Assembly (NCBI GenBank): GCA_028534125.1
Contig: CM052817.1
Coordinates: forward strand, 26,662,001 to 26,726,000
Reading direction: 5' to 3'
Source of the DNA: Lama glama
Taxonomy: Eukaryota
DNA: 64,000 nucleotides
The notes under the pieces are model-generated. The model was given only the letters and a program-made list of their open reading frames with translations. It ran no database searches and was not told where the DNA came from. The translations under genes were made by a program, and so were the position numbers. How positions within the stretch are numbered: position 1 is the first letter of the stretch; the number at the start of each line of letters is the position of its first letter. This document shows positions 13,095 to 26,019 of the stretch, one piece after another.

Positions 13095-15189
13095 AAGGAC
13101 CTGGTGTGTTTTAAGATAGTGTCTGAACTTTGCATTGTCAGCAGTGGGATGCCCCTGAAGATACTTGATGTGAGTGACGTTCAGATTTGATTTTAGGAAG
13201 ACCACTCTGGCTATAATGTGGTGGACAAAGGGAAGGGCAGCAGGAAGGGAGGCAGGGAGACCCCTGCGGAGGCTGCCAGCACTCACGCGCTGGTTTGCCA
13301 CAGGGTCCTAGATGCTGCTGGTGCTCCAGGAGGGAGTAGGGGTACTGTCTCTACTCTCTGGATCCTCAAAACGCAAGGAGCCAGGCACTCCTCAAGTGAC
13401 TGTCCCCCGGTGGGGCTAACTTTGGGGGAAACGGTGGTACAGAAACAGGTTACTACGGGGAGCATGCTGAAAAGCGGAAGCAAAGCCTTCAGTGGTGAAC
13501 CTCCCTTCCATCTCTGGGGTATCCATCTCTATTCAGGGCACAGTGTTTAAATCAAGGTGTCAAGCTACTGTAGCACGTTTTTAAAAACTACAAATTCCAA
13601 GGGCTTTATTTCCAGTTCTATTTGAATGGATATATTTAACATCTGGGTGAAAAGACTATTCTGTAAGAGATGTACAGAAATCTCTTTAACCCAAGAAGCA
13701 GGGTTTCTGCCGAGCCCCCCGAGTCATCTTACAGACTCCCACAGAACCACAGAGCTCTTCTTCCATTATTTGCGTCAGAGTCAAAGCTGTCATGAGTTCT
13801 ATTTAGGTCCCAGACGGGCCAGTGGTACCATCAGCGGTTGAATCTATAAGGTCATATTTAAGCGCTCACTTCCGGAGTCAGGCCAAGAGGGTGAATGTTG
13901 GCTCTTCCACCTCCACAGCTGTAAGAGCTCGGCAGTCAGATAATCTCTTTCGGAGTCTCAGCTTCTTCATCTGTAAAATGGAAATTAAAATAATAGTAAC
14001 TGCCTCATTGAGTGACTGGGAGGATTTAATGAGATCCTGCATTTACAGTCTTTGGCAAAGGGTAAAATGTCACACTATGTTATTTAATTTAGAGTATCAG
14101 TGTGATCTTGGGTAAGTCATTTATCCTCTTTAAGCCTCGATTGCTTCCTTGATAAAATGGAGATAAGGCTCACCATTGTATCTTTGGACCCCACCACAAA
14201 CCCTGGCACACAGTAGATGCTCAAAAAAAGAAAACATTTGTTGAATGAACGAATGAATGAATGAGGAGGAGCAGAGGAAGAAGACGTCTTCTGTAACTGT
14301 CTTACGGACTGTTGTGAGCTCAGGTGACCTAGATAGGGCCGAGGAAAGCCTTCTGTGGACAATGAGACGCAATTCAAAAATAAGCTAATAACACAAGTGG
14401 TGTTTTAGAATCAAGTAAGTTCTCTGACTGAAGTGTCTTTCTGGGATTTTACTGTTTGTTTCCCGTCTTGGACGCTGCTTCTTAACATCATTCAGTGAAC
14501 TCTCCAGGGGTCAAATTATTTGGCCCCTAGCAACTCAGAATTCCTTGGCAGAGCTCCCTAGACTGGGCTGTTTTTGTGGTACAAGGTCATGGGCAGGTAA
14601 AGGACCTCCTGACCCTTGAAGCTGTTCTCTTTATTTGACTGGGTGTGACCTTAAGTTTCAAAATTAGAGCTTTGGTCCACAGTTTATTGAACAAGGGATC
14701 TGCCCTTAGTGAAAACACATAACTCACCTTAGTGTGAATTAGTTCATTCCTTCCCTCACTGAGAGTGAAGTTTCACAGTAGGACGTTAACATGCAAGAGA
14801 TTTGGAAGCCACCAGCAAAAAAAGAATGTGGAGAGGTAATCCTACATGGCCTGGGGACCTCAGAAGGTCTTGTACCCCATGTTCTGCTATGCGTGCTGAT
14901 TTTTAATCTCTTTTTTGATGACCTTTATGGTCAAAGTGATTCTGTTAGATCAGTGTAACTTCTAGATGAAACAAAATGAATTTAAGTCCTTAAAAAATGG
15001 GTGAATTATAATTATCCTTCCCCGCCCCCTCCCCAACCCTGGAGTTAGATAATTCAGGTTCAAATTCAGATTCTTTTACTTACTACCTATGTGATCTTGG
15101 GGAAGTTGTCGAACCTCCCTCTGCCTCTTGGCCTTTTATCTGTAAAATGGGCATAATAAATAATAGTAGCTCTCTCAAGTATGAAAAAA

Positions 15190-15400
15190 TACCCATGTAA
15201 AACTAATCTATGTTGTTAGAAGTCAGAATGGTGACTTTTTGGTGAGGAGGTAGTGACTGGAAGGGGCCATAGGGAAGCTTTTGGCATGTTGGTCATGTTT
15301 TCATCTGGATGTGGTTACATGGATGTGCTCAGTTTATGAAAAGTCATCAAGCTGTATATGATATATGCATAATTCTGTATCTGTATGTTTTTGAAACTCC
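15190..15400 (+). mobile_element. Ancient L1 3' end (L1ME-like)
   Basis: aaaactaatctatgttgttagaagtcagaatggtgac...gtggttacatggatgtg...catcaagctgta. Confidence 0.65.
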
Positions 15401-17837
15401 GTGTAAATGACCTGACATTTAGTAAGTTACTGGCAGCCGTATTTTATTTCTTGTTGAGTGATCACCCTCTAAGGCTTTTTAACATTATTCCCAAACATAA
15501 GGAAAATGACAAACAAGAAACAGAAATACAGGAGACAGGCCTTGACTGGGCACTCAATGGTTTGGATATTTGTACTTAGGGGTTGGGAAATTATGCTAAA
15601 TAGATTATTTTTGCGATTGTCTCATGTTCCGAATGCTGCCGTCTGTAAATGCTAGAGCACGTGTAGAATTAGTTGCATTTCCAGAATTTCTCCCCTTGGG
15701 AGAGCATCTTATTTGGAAAGGGGAGACTAGGAGTCTATCAGGAAGTGAGCTTGCATACCACTTTGTATGACTGAGGATGTGTCCAATGGCCATATTTGAA
15801 TTGGAGTTGGGGGTGAAGCTGGAGAAGCTGATAGAAGTACCATTCCCTGGTGCCACCACTGTTTGGAATAAAAGTCCTGAAAAAGGAGAGGAAAAATCCC
15901 AGCAAAACAGAACTGGCATGAAGGTTATCATGGTACCATGAGCTCAAAATGTCTTGACCCAGTGCCCCCAGCAAGGTCATCTCAGGAACAATTGGGCGCC
16001 AGCAACTTGTCTTACCCGCCTCAGAATGACTAAGGCCTATTCAAGCCTCGTGGTTGGTTAATCATTAATGAAGATTTTTGACAAACAAAGCAGAACAAGC
16101 CAAGAAGGAAGGGTAGCTAAAAATTAGCTCAGGAAAGGTCATATTTCTTGCAAATGAAGGGTTTGGTGTTGCTTTTGATTGCGGGTATAATTGTGCAGAA
16201 CGGAGTGACAGGGAAATATAATCTCATTGAGAAAGCCAGTGCATCTCTGGAGATTTTACTTGGGACCCTCCTCCACCCTTGTAGTCATCTGGAGGACCAC
16301 AGGCCTCCATCACCTTTGCCAAGAAGGTTGCATTCCTGTAGAGTTTTCTGAGGCAGAGTAGGGACACCCTGCTGGACGCATGTAGCTGCTGTATCACTCC
16401 GGAGAGGAAAGGATGGAAGGTCCCAGAGGCTGAAACTTGGATCTAAAGAACCCAGGGGCGGATAACCCTACAAGCCTTGGCTGCCCCTACAAATTGTCCC
16501 ATGGGACGATCAGGGCTGGTGGGCATCACCGGAGGTCAGGAAGAAGGAAGAGAGGGAGTTGTCCACTAGGGGGAGTGCTCAGACGCATCATGCTGTTGAC
16601 TGCTGGACAATCCCTCAGGCTCCCAGTTTAGATAAAGGCAGGGTGACGCCATTTCCTGAGAGACACAAAGTCCTAAACTGGAATGATTTAGGGTCCCTCC
16701 TACTTCCTTGTTATCGGGACCAAATCTCTTCCTTCTCCAGTTAACACAATTAACCATGTCTAGTGTTGAAGGGAACAAAGGTTGTGTTTCCTCACTCCAC
16801 ACCCTTTCTCCAAACTTCTTTCAGGCTCTTGAATAGACCACGCTTTTTCTTCTGGGCCTGGGCATTTCCGGTTCCCTCCTCTCCCGGCCCATCTGCCCAA
16901 ACTCCTACTCACCCTGTCCCTCAGATGCCCAGTCTTTTTAACCCCTTGCCCAAACCTGGGTGGGTGCCCCTCCCCTTCACAGCCCTTACAACACTGTCTT
17001 ATCATGCCAGGGAGTTTCTGGAGGGCAGAGGGGCTCGATTTTGTTGATAGTTATCTCTCCAGTGCTTCATGCTGTGCTGGTACATCACTGCCATTGGATA
17101 CATGACTGGCAAAGGAATAAAGGCCGTAAAGTGGGAAGGTTTAATGAAGCTAACACGGTGGAATGCATTCACACTACAGTTTATAAAGAGGAAGAGAAAG
17201 GAAATAACTGTCTAGGATGTCCCAGGCTTTTAAAAGATTCATTAACTCATCTCGTTTTCACAATAACCTTACGTCAGTCAGGATTATTAGCTCTGTTTTA
17301 CAAATTAAGAAACTGGTGTTCAGAGAGGCAAGACGTCTTTTCCAAGGTCACATGGGTGGTAAATAGCAAAGCTGGGGGTTCCCCCACTGGGGGTTCCCCC
17401 GCTGGGCATCCTGACTGCAGACCAGCCTGGTTCCACTAGGCCACGGTGCTTGCCTACATTTTGGTGTGAGGAGTTAGGAAACAAAGGAATACTGGGCACC
17501 TAGAGAGGGAAGACCAATGAGGGGAAAGAGAAGAAAAGGCTGTACCCAACCTGACAGCTTAGAACCTGGAATTGAGCAAAACACTTTGTGAACATTTCCT
17601 GAATCTCATTCTACCTTTAAACCTAATCTGCCCTTGACCCTGGATGGTCAGAGTGATGGGCAGTGTGTTAATAAGTGGGCGGGCAAGGATAAAGTGAGTA
17701 CATCTGTGCTGTCCTACCCAGTACTTTTTAAGCTGAAGACATACCTTTTCTTAGGGTCATTGTATCAAAATGTGATTTCATCAAAACAGCCATGCCAAAA
17801 TGTCACATTTTGTGTTTTTAAAAAAATCTGAAAACTA

Positions 17838-17925
17838 ATATATGTTCCTATATGACTGAAGTATTGTGCTGTACACCAGAAACTGACACATTGTAAACTG
17901 ACTATACTTCAACAAAAATATATTA
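17838..17925 (+). mobile_element. Very short L1 3' end (same family as 9597 and 25721)
   Basis: atatgactgaagtattgtgctgtacaccagaaactgacacattgtaaactgactatacttcaa. Confidence 0.75.
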
Positions 17926-19837
17926 AAAAACCCCACTCCAATAAAAGGCTGAGTGTCCAGAAGACTTTATAATAAAGATATCATGTAATAATAGAAAAAA
18001 TATCATGCAATATACGATATACATCTCTTTTAAATAGTCAAGCACCCTAATGCCCTTAACAGGACCCAGTAAGCCAGTATGGTTAGTTATAAAATACACT
18101 GAGCACAGTGCAGGCCATGTCACAGCACCCAATAAGTGTTGGACTGTCCATAGGATTATCCTTCACCAGAAAAGAAAAATTAGAATTTTGCTTTCTAGTT
18201 GTTTTGACTTTCATCTAAAGAAGTGCTCATGCAGGTTGTCATGACAGATAGTCTTGGAATTTAAAAATGGGGCATGTAGTCTAGTGAAGAATCAGAAGGG
18301 TATGGTGGACTTACTACAATAGTTCTTTAGCTCCCTCCAGAATCCTTGAAACACCATTATAGATCGAATTCCTTAAATCTACCAGTATATACAATTTTAA
18401 CAGCCCACCTAGAGAGCTTTGTCTTCTGGGCTGAAAGCAGGCATTTCAGCCACTCTACCTTCGGTTCCCATCCCCCAAGGCATAAGGCTGCACATGGAAA
18501 CACACTAAAGAAACCACACCTGTAGAAAAGCTTTTCCTTTCTTTTTGTAGGCTTTGAAGTAGGTTGTTGGAACTACCAAATCGGTCCATTTCAAGGGTCA
18601 GTGTGCTGTCAGAATCTGTGACTTGGGAGTCTGAGCCCAGATTTCGGTCTTGGTTCTTACCAGCTATTTATGGGACCTTGGCAGGGTCACATGTCTGCCC
18701 TGCCTGCTTCACTGAGTTATTGTGCGGTCCTGAGATAATGGAAGCCAAAGAGCCTAATGAATCACACAAGTATTGCATTTATCCCCACCCAACACACTGT
18801 CTACCTGCTCATTTTGTCTGTGTTTCCCCCAGTGGAATGGAAGCTCTATGCCTGCAAGATTTGGTTGGTTTTGTTCATGCTGTAGCCACCTCAGCACCTA
18901 GAATAAAGCCAAGCAAACAGCTAGTAGGTGTAATATGCATTTTATAAGATTGTGAATTCTTCTTCTAACGAGAGCAATCAAACTGATTCTGCAACTTGAA
19001 GGGCGTTTTTACTTTTCTCCTAGAACAAGAAGAAATCATCAAATCTTGTTGCCCTTGAAAATACTGCCCAATGATCTGTCATCTTGGGAAGTTCCCTGGA
19101 CTCTTCTGTCTCTGAAAAAGCCTTTATCCTTTAAGAGGAAGTAGGAAGTTAGAATTCTAAGAAATGTGGGTCGGGAGGCCATAACCCAGGCTGCTGGAGA
19201 CTAAGAAGGTAAAATTCTTAGTCAATAGCAAAGACACATGGGGCAGGGCAATTTTTAGAGGTAATTCCGTTGACAACCTACCACTTTCCCTTGAATCATT
19301 TGATTGGCTTTGCTGATGGATTCTATCTGAAGTTAGTAACGATCTCTAGAGAAAAAGGAAGTGTTCTGCTGACCTTGCTGGGCACTGTAAAAAGGTGAAA
19401 CAGGAGGCTTTGGTTTCCAATGTGGTGGCTGACATTCAAGTCGCCCCAGCACTTTCACAAGACCACCAAACAGCTCAACGGTTGTATCAACCGCCTCCAT
19501 GTGGATTTCTGAGCGTCAGGCTCTTGGGATTATAAACAAACTTCAGTACTGAGAGCAGTGATAGGCTTTGCCAGATCCTATTCCAATCCAGATGCTGAGT
19601 AGTCTTTGAGTGTTCAGCCTCCTACCACCTGGGCTTAAGTTTGAGGACATTGATAATACATGATTTTTACTATGTACCTCATCTTCATTAGTAATCCCAA
19701 ATCAAAGATACGATTTTCTCCATCTGAAAATAGTGAACTAGTCAATTCCTTCCACACTGTAAGGGTTTTTCTAACTTTGTTAGGAAAAAAAAAAAAAGAA
19801 TGTGTATAAAGAAAACACAATTTAAAATAAGGTTTTG

Positions 19838-22416
19838 AAATTGCTTTAAAGAAAGCTTTATTTACTACATACATCCTAAGAATGTATTGTAAATGAAGCA
19901 AAATCTAAATAAACTTAAAAGCTTTTCAAATACAAAGCAACTAAAGATAACAACTAAACTGCTAGCATGTTTGAAAACAGAGAACAAGAAAGCTTTTTTT
20001 TACATTTTATAGTTTGTTCTTAACCCTAAAAAAAAAAGTTCACATTTCAAGTTATAAACTTAGCTCAGTAGTGTACGTATGTGAAATGGTTTTGAAACAA
20101 CAGGAACAGACAGACCACAGACGGGAGGCTCACTGATACTTAACTGGCTATGTTACCAACACTGGTTTTTAAGGTAGTTTGGTAAATTGCCATGTTAAGA
20201 CATCATTTTTTCCTTTTTTTCTTTTTCTTTTTTTTCTTTTTTTTGCAAATAATTTACAGGCACATGTAAAATACAGTAAGACCTCTGGGTCAGAGTCTCA
20301 TCCAGTGAACCTCTGGGCTAACCAGTCCTTCACTGGAATGAGAGTAGGAGAGTACTTCTTTCACACAAAGTCAAGGGATGGGGATCTAATCCAAACTGCA
20401 TTTTGTTGGATTACTCATTACAACAGATTTGAGTTTGGATGCAGCTTGCTGGGTACACCATCAGAAACATTGCACAATTACTTTCTGTCATTTAAGAACG
20501 ATGGAAAGGAATGTTAGGAATGTTTAAAGGCCTTTGCAGGCACTCAATAATTTTATAGAATAGTTAAATAAATATTGCTTATATATAAAAAATTCATCCC
20601 ACCCTAAGATGAGGGGAAAGAGGGCATTTGGGAATATCTTAATTTAAAATGTAAAACAAAACTAAAACATTTTGCTAAGGGCAGGATCCTATTATTAATC
20701 CACAAATAAGAATTCAGCCATCAGCAAAAGTTCAGTGAGTGGAAAGATTTGATGGAATCCCTACTATGACATAAAAACACAACAGTGTCCTTGTCACCTA
20801 TTGCACACCTCACTTCCTTGATAGAACTTTTACGAAAAAAAATTCCAAGTTATGTATTCCATAAAGTCAATGACAATCTTAACATTTTACTGTATTTTAC
20901 ATTCACTCTGTTAAAACAAACAAAAAAGCCTTTAAACAGGCACAAAACACTGCAACAATACATTTACTTCCTAATAAAACAAAACTTTTTAATAACATTG
21001 AAATAAAATGGTTTCATTGTGCATTAAACTATATACCATGAACTTCTGCAACATAAAACAACTAAAAATTAGCATTAGGAGATATTTACAATCTACTTTT
21101 TAACTCCTGTGGGTCTCTCCTCCTCCTCCTGGATGTGCGCACCCCAATTCAGTTCACCTGCCACGTGCATGGCAAAGGCGGGGAGCCCCATACAATAAAC
21201 ATAGTATTTCCAAAACCCTTGACAACCACAGACATTTTGCATGAAACATGATAAGGCAACTAGAAGTAGTACTTTTTGCGACAAGAGTCCTTCGGGGTCT
21301 TGTCGACAATAACATTCTCTGTCTCTACGAACTCATACTTCAAAACAAATATAATAAAAGCATTAGGAAGGGAATGAAAGTAGTATACTGGACAATTGAA
21401 TAGCTATGCAAAGATGTCCTATGCAAACTATTAAAGTCTTGTGCTTACACATACTCTGCTATTAAAAATACCTCCCCAACCAAACCAAAAAAAACCCCAA
21501 CAACCCGAGAACCCCCCAACACACAATAAAACAAAAAACCCCAACAAAAACCCGAGAAGAAGTATAAAAGCCATAAATGTTTTCTCTGTCAGAGTAATTA
21601 ATTTGTCCTAGACTTGCCAAACACAGAGGTGGGCCTGGGAATCAGGGGAGAGGGTGAGTAGGGAAGGGCAGGGAGGGAACAAATCTAAGAGCAAAGGCAC
21701 ACGGAGAATGAGCAGGGGCCCAGGAGGAAGGTGGCCGGTGAGAGCTTTCCAGTGTTTGGACTCAGAAGTGTGACAAGTCTTTTCAACGTTGGCTTAAGGA
21801 GCGATCGAGTGTACAGAATAGAACCGTCCTGGGTAACACATGGCAACACCCGTCAACCCTTAATTCCAGCAGAAGTAGAGGTTTCACTCATTTTAAAATT
21901 GCACTTTCCAGTATAACTTTGAAAATGTTTTATGTAGTATTTTTTTTAAAAGCACTATTGTTTGTATCTTTAAATATTGACTATATTTTTCAAAACAGTT
22001 CCCTAGCTGCTCAAGTGTGCTTCTTAATACATAGTTGATACGTTTATTATTGTAGGTACTACAAAATAGAAGTCTCTGGAGTGCAGCAGTTAAGAAAATA
22101 ACCTTCATACTGAAAATATATCCTTAAAAATACAAAAAAAAACCTCTATACAAATGTACTACAGAGTACAAATTTTTAAAAGATGGTGTTTAAGGCACGA
22201 ACCATTGCAAGTCTCTTAGAAATGTATGAACACGGGCCTGCTAAAACTGAAAAGAGTCTTTAAAAAACTAGTGAAAACTTCATGTATATAAAATATTCCA
22301 GTATATCTGATAACATTCTCCGCGGTCAGGTTTCCTGTGCGCGGGAACCCAACGCGCGCTTTCTTCATAAATAGTGAAGTGTCCCTTCGGCGGCGGCGGC
22401 GGCGGCGGCGCGGGCC
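19838..22416 (-). other. RBM47: RBM47 3'UTR (~2.6 kb, AU/U-rich); 3' end approximate
   Basis: Runs from the stop codon to an AATAAA with a downstream U/GU-rich tract. No interspersed repeat recognised within it. Confidence 0.8.
19857..19862 (-). terminator. RBM47: Polyadenylation signal AATAAA of RBM47 (distal)
   Basis: tttatt on plus. On the minus strand it is followed ~35-75 nt later by TTGTGTTTTCTTT...TTTTTTTT, a downstream-element-like tract. Confidence 0.8.
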
Positions 22417-22660
22417 TCAGTACGTCTGGTACACGTCGTGGATGGGCACCTGGATCGCAGCGGCCGGGAAGGCCTGAGGTATGTAGCCCGCGTAGCCCCC
22501 GTACACGGCGGCGGCGGCCGCCGCGTTCTTCTGTAGTGTGGCGATCGTGGCGGTGGCCGGAGCAGCAAAGGGCACGTAACTGGCCCCGTAGATCCCGGCG
22601 GTGGGAATTCTCTGAACGTTTGGGGCCACCGTGTACACTGGAGTTATTGGGCGGCCCTGA
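22320..22660. promoter_or_regulatory. Small CpG-rich island over the last coding exon and start of the 3'UTR
   Basis: Dense CpGs, including a (CGG)7 run. Confidence 0.65.
22417..22656 (-). CDS. RBM47: RBM47 last coding exon ([15 protein letters not shown]...[12 protein letters not shown] at 22419-22417)
   Basis: Lies within ORF 22417..22713. Acceptor ctctctcatcctcag|GGC. The C-terminus DVYQTY is typical of RBM47. Exon sum 1129+207+197+240=1773 nt. Confidence 0.97.
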   Translation of the reverse strand, partial: GRPITPVYTVAPNVQRIPTAGIYGASYVPFAAPATATIATLQKNAAAAAAVYGGYAGYIPQAFPAAAIQVPIHDVYQTY

Positions 22661-24651
22661 GGATGAGAGAGAGGAGCCTTACTGACCATGTGGGGGCCCA
22701 TCCATTCGTTCACAACTCCATTCGTTCATTCGACTCCCAGGGGTCGGAGAAGACTGAAAGCAAAGGTCTCCTTCCTCAGGGCGGGGAGGCTGAGAGGTGA
22801 GCAGTCATACTACGGGAGGGTGATCAGTAGGCGGAGCTGCACCCTCACGGCTCACTGGGACTCAGCTGGTGAAAGTGGCAGAGGTAGAAGCCTCAGGGGA
22901 AATTTAAATACTCTGGAATCTTCTGCCCACCATCACACTGAACTAGCCTATGCCCCGGAGTGAGCTAGAGATGGGGGTTGAGATCCACCCTTTCCTCAGT
23001 TGATCTCACTGTAATTAAGAGTGAGTATTTTCCCTAAAATACATGCCAGCTGCCTCAATTCATACTTAACTGAAGGCACACGATGTTTCAAGATCGGAGA
23101 GGAGCATGGTCTGGGAGAACTTTACCAAACAAAGTCCAGATATCTCCCAAGGGCCAGCTTCTTAAGCTGTGACCTAAGAAACTGTGACCATACACAATTT
23201 TCAGCAAATGTGATCGTTTCTACCACCTCCTGCCTAAAATAGGACACCACTATATTCACAAATTGCTGTGGAAGGTGAGAGAAGGAACTAACTAACTTGG
23301 AGCTGGAGAAAGCATCTCAGAAGTGGAGACACTGGAGACAGGGTCGGAAGGGCAAGGTGGGGTTTCCACATGAGGAGGAAGTGGGGCTCTGTGACTTCCT
23401 GCCGCTTTCTTCCCTCCACTGGGAAGTGCAACATATGTGTCTCCAGAACAAATAAGAGTAGGCAGGGTAGACTGTGGTTCAGGATTTCCCAAAGCGTTTG
23501 ATATGGAGTGAATTCTGCCAGCTGCTTTATGGAAAAGGGGGTTTTTGGTAAAATAAAACATACATTTAACAAAATATCTGGTACTTTTGCTAGTGGTATG
23601 CACTAAAGTCACATTTTCTGTGTATATTAAGCATTGTGATAAGCTGTGTAGCAGAATTTACACATTTTTATTTTAATTAAAATATGAACAGTTTGCCAAA
23701 ATAAGCCAAGGCATCAACTGTTAGTGCTTTTGTGTTTGAAGGCTGTGTTTGGCTGTTTAAGGAGAATATATTGAATTTTTTTCATTTTATTATGTTCCAT
23801 TTTGAAGTTTCATCAGCTTCAGAAACATTTTAAATTTAAAGCTTGAATTAAAATTTAATTTAAAAAAAAAACCCAAACCCCAAAATATCTGGTTTACCAT
23901 ATGTTCCATAGAATGCCCTGTAGTACTTGAAGCTATGGTCTCTCTGTCTTAACGTAACTTCAAAAGAAACAACTCAGGATATATGAAATGGAGAATTAGA
24001 TTTTAAAAATGATCTTTACAAAGGAATTTACTTATCATTCTCTACAAAATCTGAAAATTTGAGTCACAAAACTACATTCAAAGGAATTTCATAATCTGAG
24101 TCTTTTTTTTTAACTGTAACCAAAATAATAACTATACCAAACAATAACAATAACAGAGATCATAGTTTGCTAGACACTATTCTAAGTGCCTTAGTTGTAT
24201 GACATTATTGAATCATCACAGCCACCAACAAAGCTGGTACTATGATTATATGGAGAGGTCTGGATGTTTTAAACAACTTGCACAAGGTGACGGCTTTTAA
24301 GCAACAGAATGTGGGACTCTGGAATCTGCGCTTTTAGCCTTGCCTTCTCCTGCCTCCTACAACACAGCCGCAATGAACATCTCATTAGCAGCACTTTACA
24401 ACCAGGGAGAGAAACGTTCATAGGCAAGACACAAGCCATCTTTTCCAAATGTGTGGAAATCTGTTTAATGACAAATGCACAAAGGGAAGGAATTGCAGGG
24501 AAGGTGACATCTGACAGAAAATTTTCACGTACTATAGTCTAGCCCAACACCTGGGCTCAGGTGAGTGAGATGGGGTTGGGCTGAGCATGGGAATTGGGGG
24601 AGAGAGAGAGAAAAAGACCTCATTTTCCCTCCTCTCAAAAACAGAATGGTT

Positions 24652-24756
24652 GGCGGGGAGGGTATAGCTCAGTGGTAGAGTGTGTACTTAGCATGTATGA
24701 GGTCCCGGGTTCAATCCTCACTACCTCCATTTATAAATAAATAAACAAATAAAATA
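24652..24756 (+). mobile_element. tRNA-derived SINE (Vic-1-like), intronic and antisense to RBM47
   Basis: ggggagggtatagctcagtggtagagtgtgtacttagcatgtatgaggtcccgggttcaatcctcactacctcca followed by an ataa-rich tail. Confidence 0.9.
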
Positions 24757-25720
24757 ATTGGAAAAATAGAGGAAGCACTTAAGAACAAATAAAGGAAGGC
24801 TTCTCTTTGCTCTACCTATACTTGACTTGTTGTGATGATTAAGAACACTTTGAGAAGTCAATATGAATCAAGTGATTGTCTATACCAGCAAACTTTTTTT
24901 ATTGCTTGTAAAGGCAATATGAAACTTGGGATATAAACTGCCTATATAGGAACACCCCAGAGCCCCTGCAAAACAGAGGAGGAAGATCGGAGGTGTTCCA
25001 CAGGAAGGTTCTGGAAGCCATGCTGGGAACTGACTTCCAGCGTGGCTCCACTCCAAAATGTGTCCTGTTCACCAATCCATAGAGCTTAAATTGCTCCTTC
25101 CCCTGCTGCAGTCTGGCAGAGAACACAGAGGAGGCGGAGGACTGGATGTGTCAGAGAACCCTGGTCAAGGAGCTCAGAGGCAGGACACAGAGTACTGAGA
25201 TTTGAGGGACAGCAGCAGGACTGCACACACTCAAAGAGGCCACACTCAGGTTACAAAGTAAGCAGTGCCAGGCATTCTGCAGAACATACTGAAGGAGAAA
25301 AAAAATCTCCATAGGAATCAACTGATAATGATAGTACGTGTAACAAATTCACAAACCGCAACTCTGAATGAAGACCCCAAGGGCAGCATCCAGTGCATAC
25401 TCATACAAGATAGAAATGGTCTGAGACCTGGAACCTGATCACGAAGCCTAGAATTTGGGCCCAACCAGAACTCAGACCATACAGCAAAGACCAAAGTTCA
25501 CAAAGGGATTAAAAATTATTAGCAGAATTCCACTAGGTAATGCTTGTAGGTTACTGTATTTATTTATAGTCAGGCCACAGTGAAAACTACAATGTGAGTC
25601 ATTTCCAACCTATTCCTTTTTTGGGCTTTTGGAAGTCCCAAGTTAAAGAATACTTGATAATATACTGATAAATAAACGTCAGTCTGACCCATTCTGGATA
25701 ATGCAGTCAAGACTGGTGCT

Positions 25721-25929
25721 CAAAATGTTAACCACTATATATAAAAACAGATTTTAAAAAATTCTTCTGTATAGCACAGGGAACTACATTCAATGTCTTA
25801 TAGTAATCTTTAATGAAAAAGAATATGAAAAAGAATATATGTGTATATATGCATGACTGAGACATTAATGCTGAATATCAGAAACTGACACATTGTAACT
25901 GACTATATGTCAAGTAAAAAAAAAAAAAA
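25721..25929 (+). mobile_element. 5'-truncated young L1 3' end with poly(A) and TSD
   Basis: tgtatagcacagggaactacattcaa...gcatgactgagaca...actgactata, then poly(A). TSD aaga(c/t)tggtgct at 25709-25720 and 25930-25941. Confidence 0.88.
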
Positions 25930-26019
25930 AAGATTGGTGCTGAGTAGGCAACAGCAAGTAAACAGCAGGGGCTCCCAAGCCTGGCTCTGTTCCAGCAACA
26001 CCGAGGAGCTGGAACAAAA

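Noticed and set aside
24652..24730. Possible tRNA-Ala gene (also at 6020 and 13020)
   Set aside because: These have degenerate stems and A-rich tails, and two copies have TSDs. They are SINEs, not tRNA genes.
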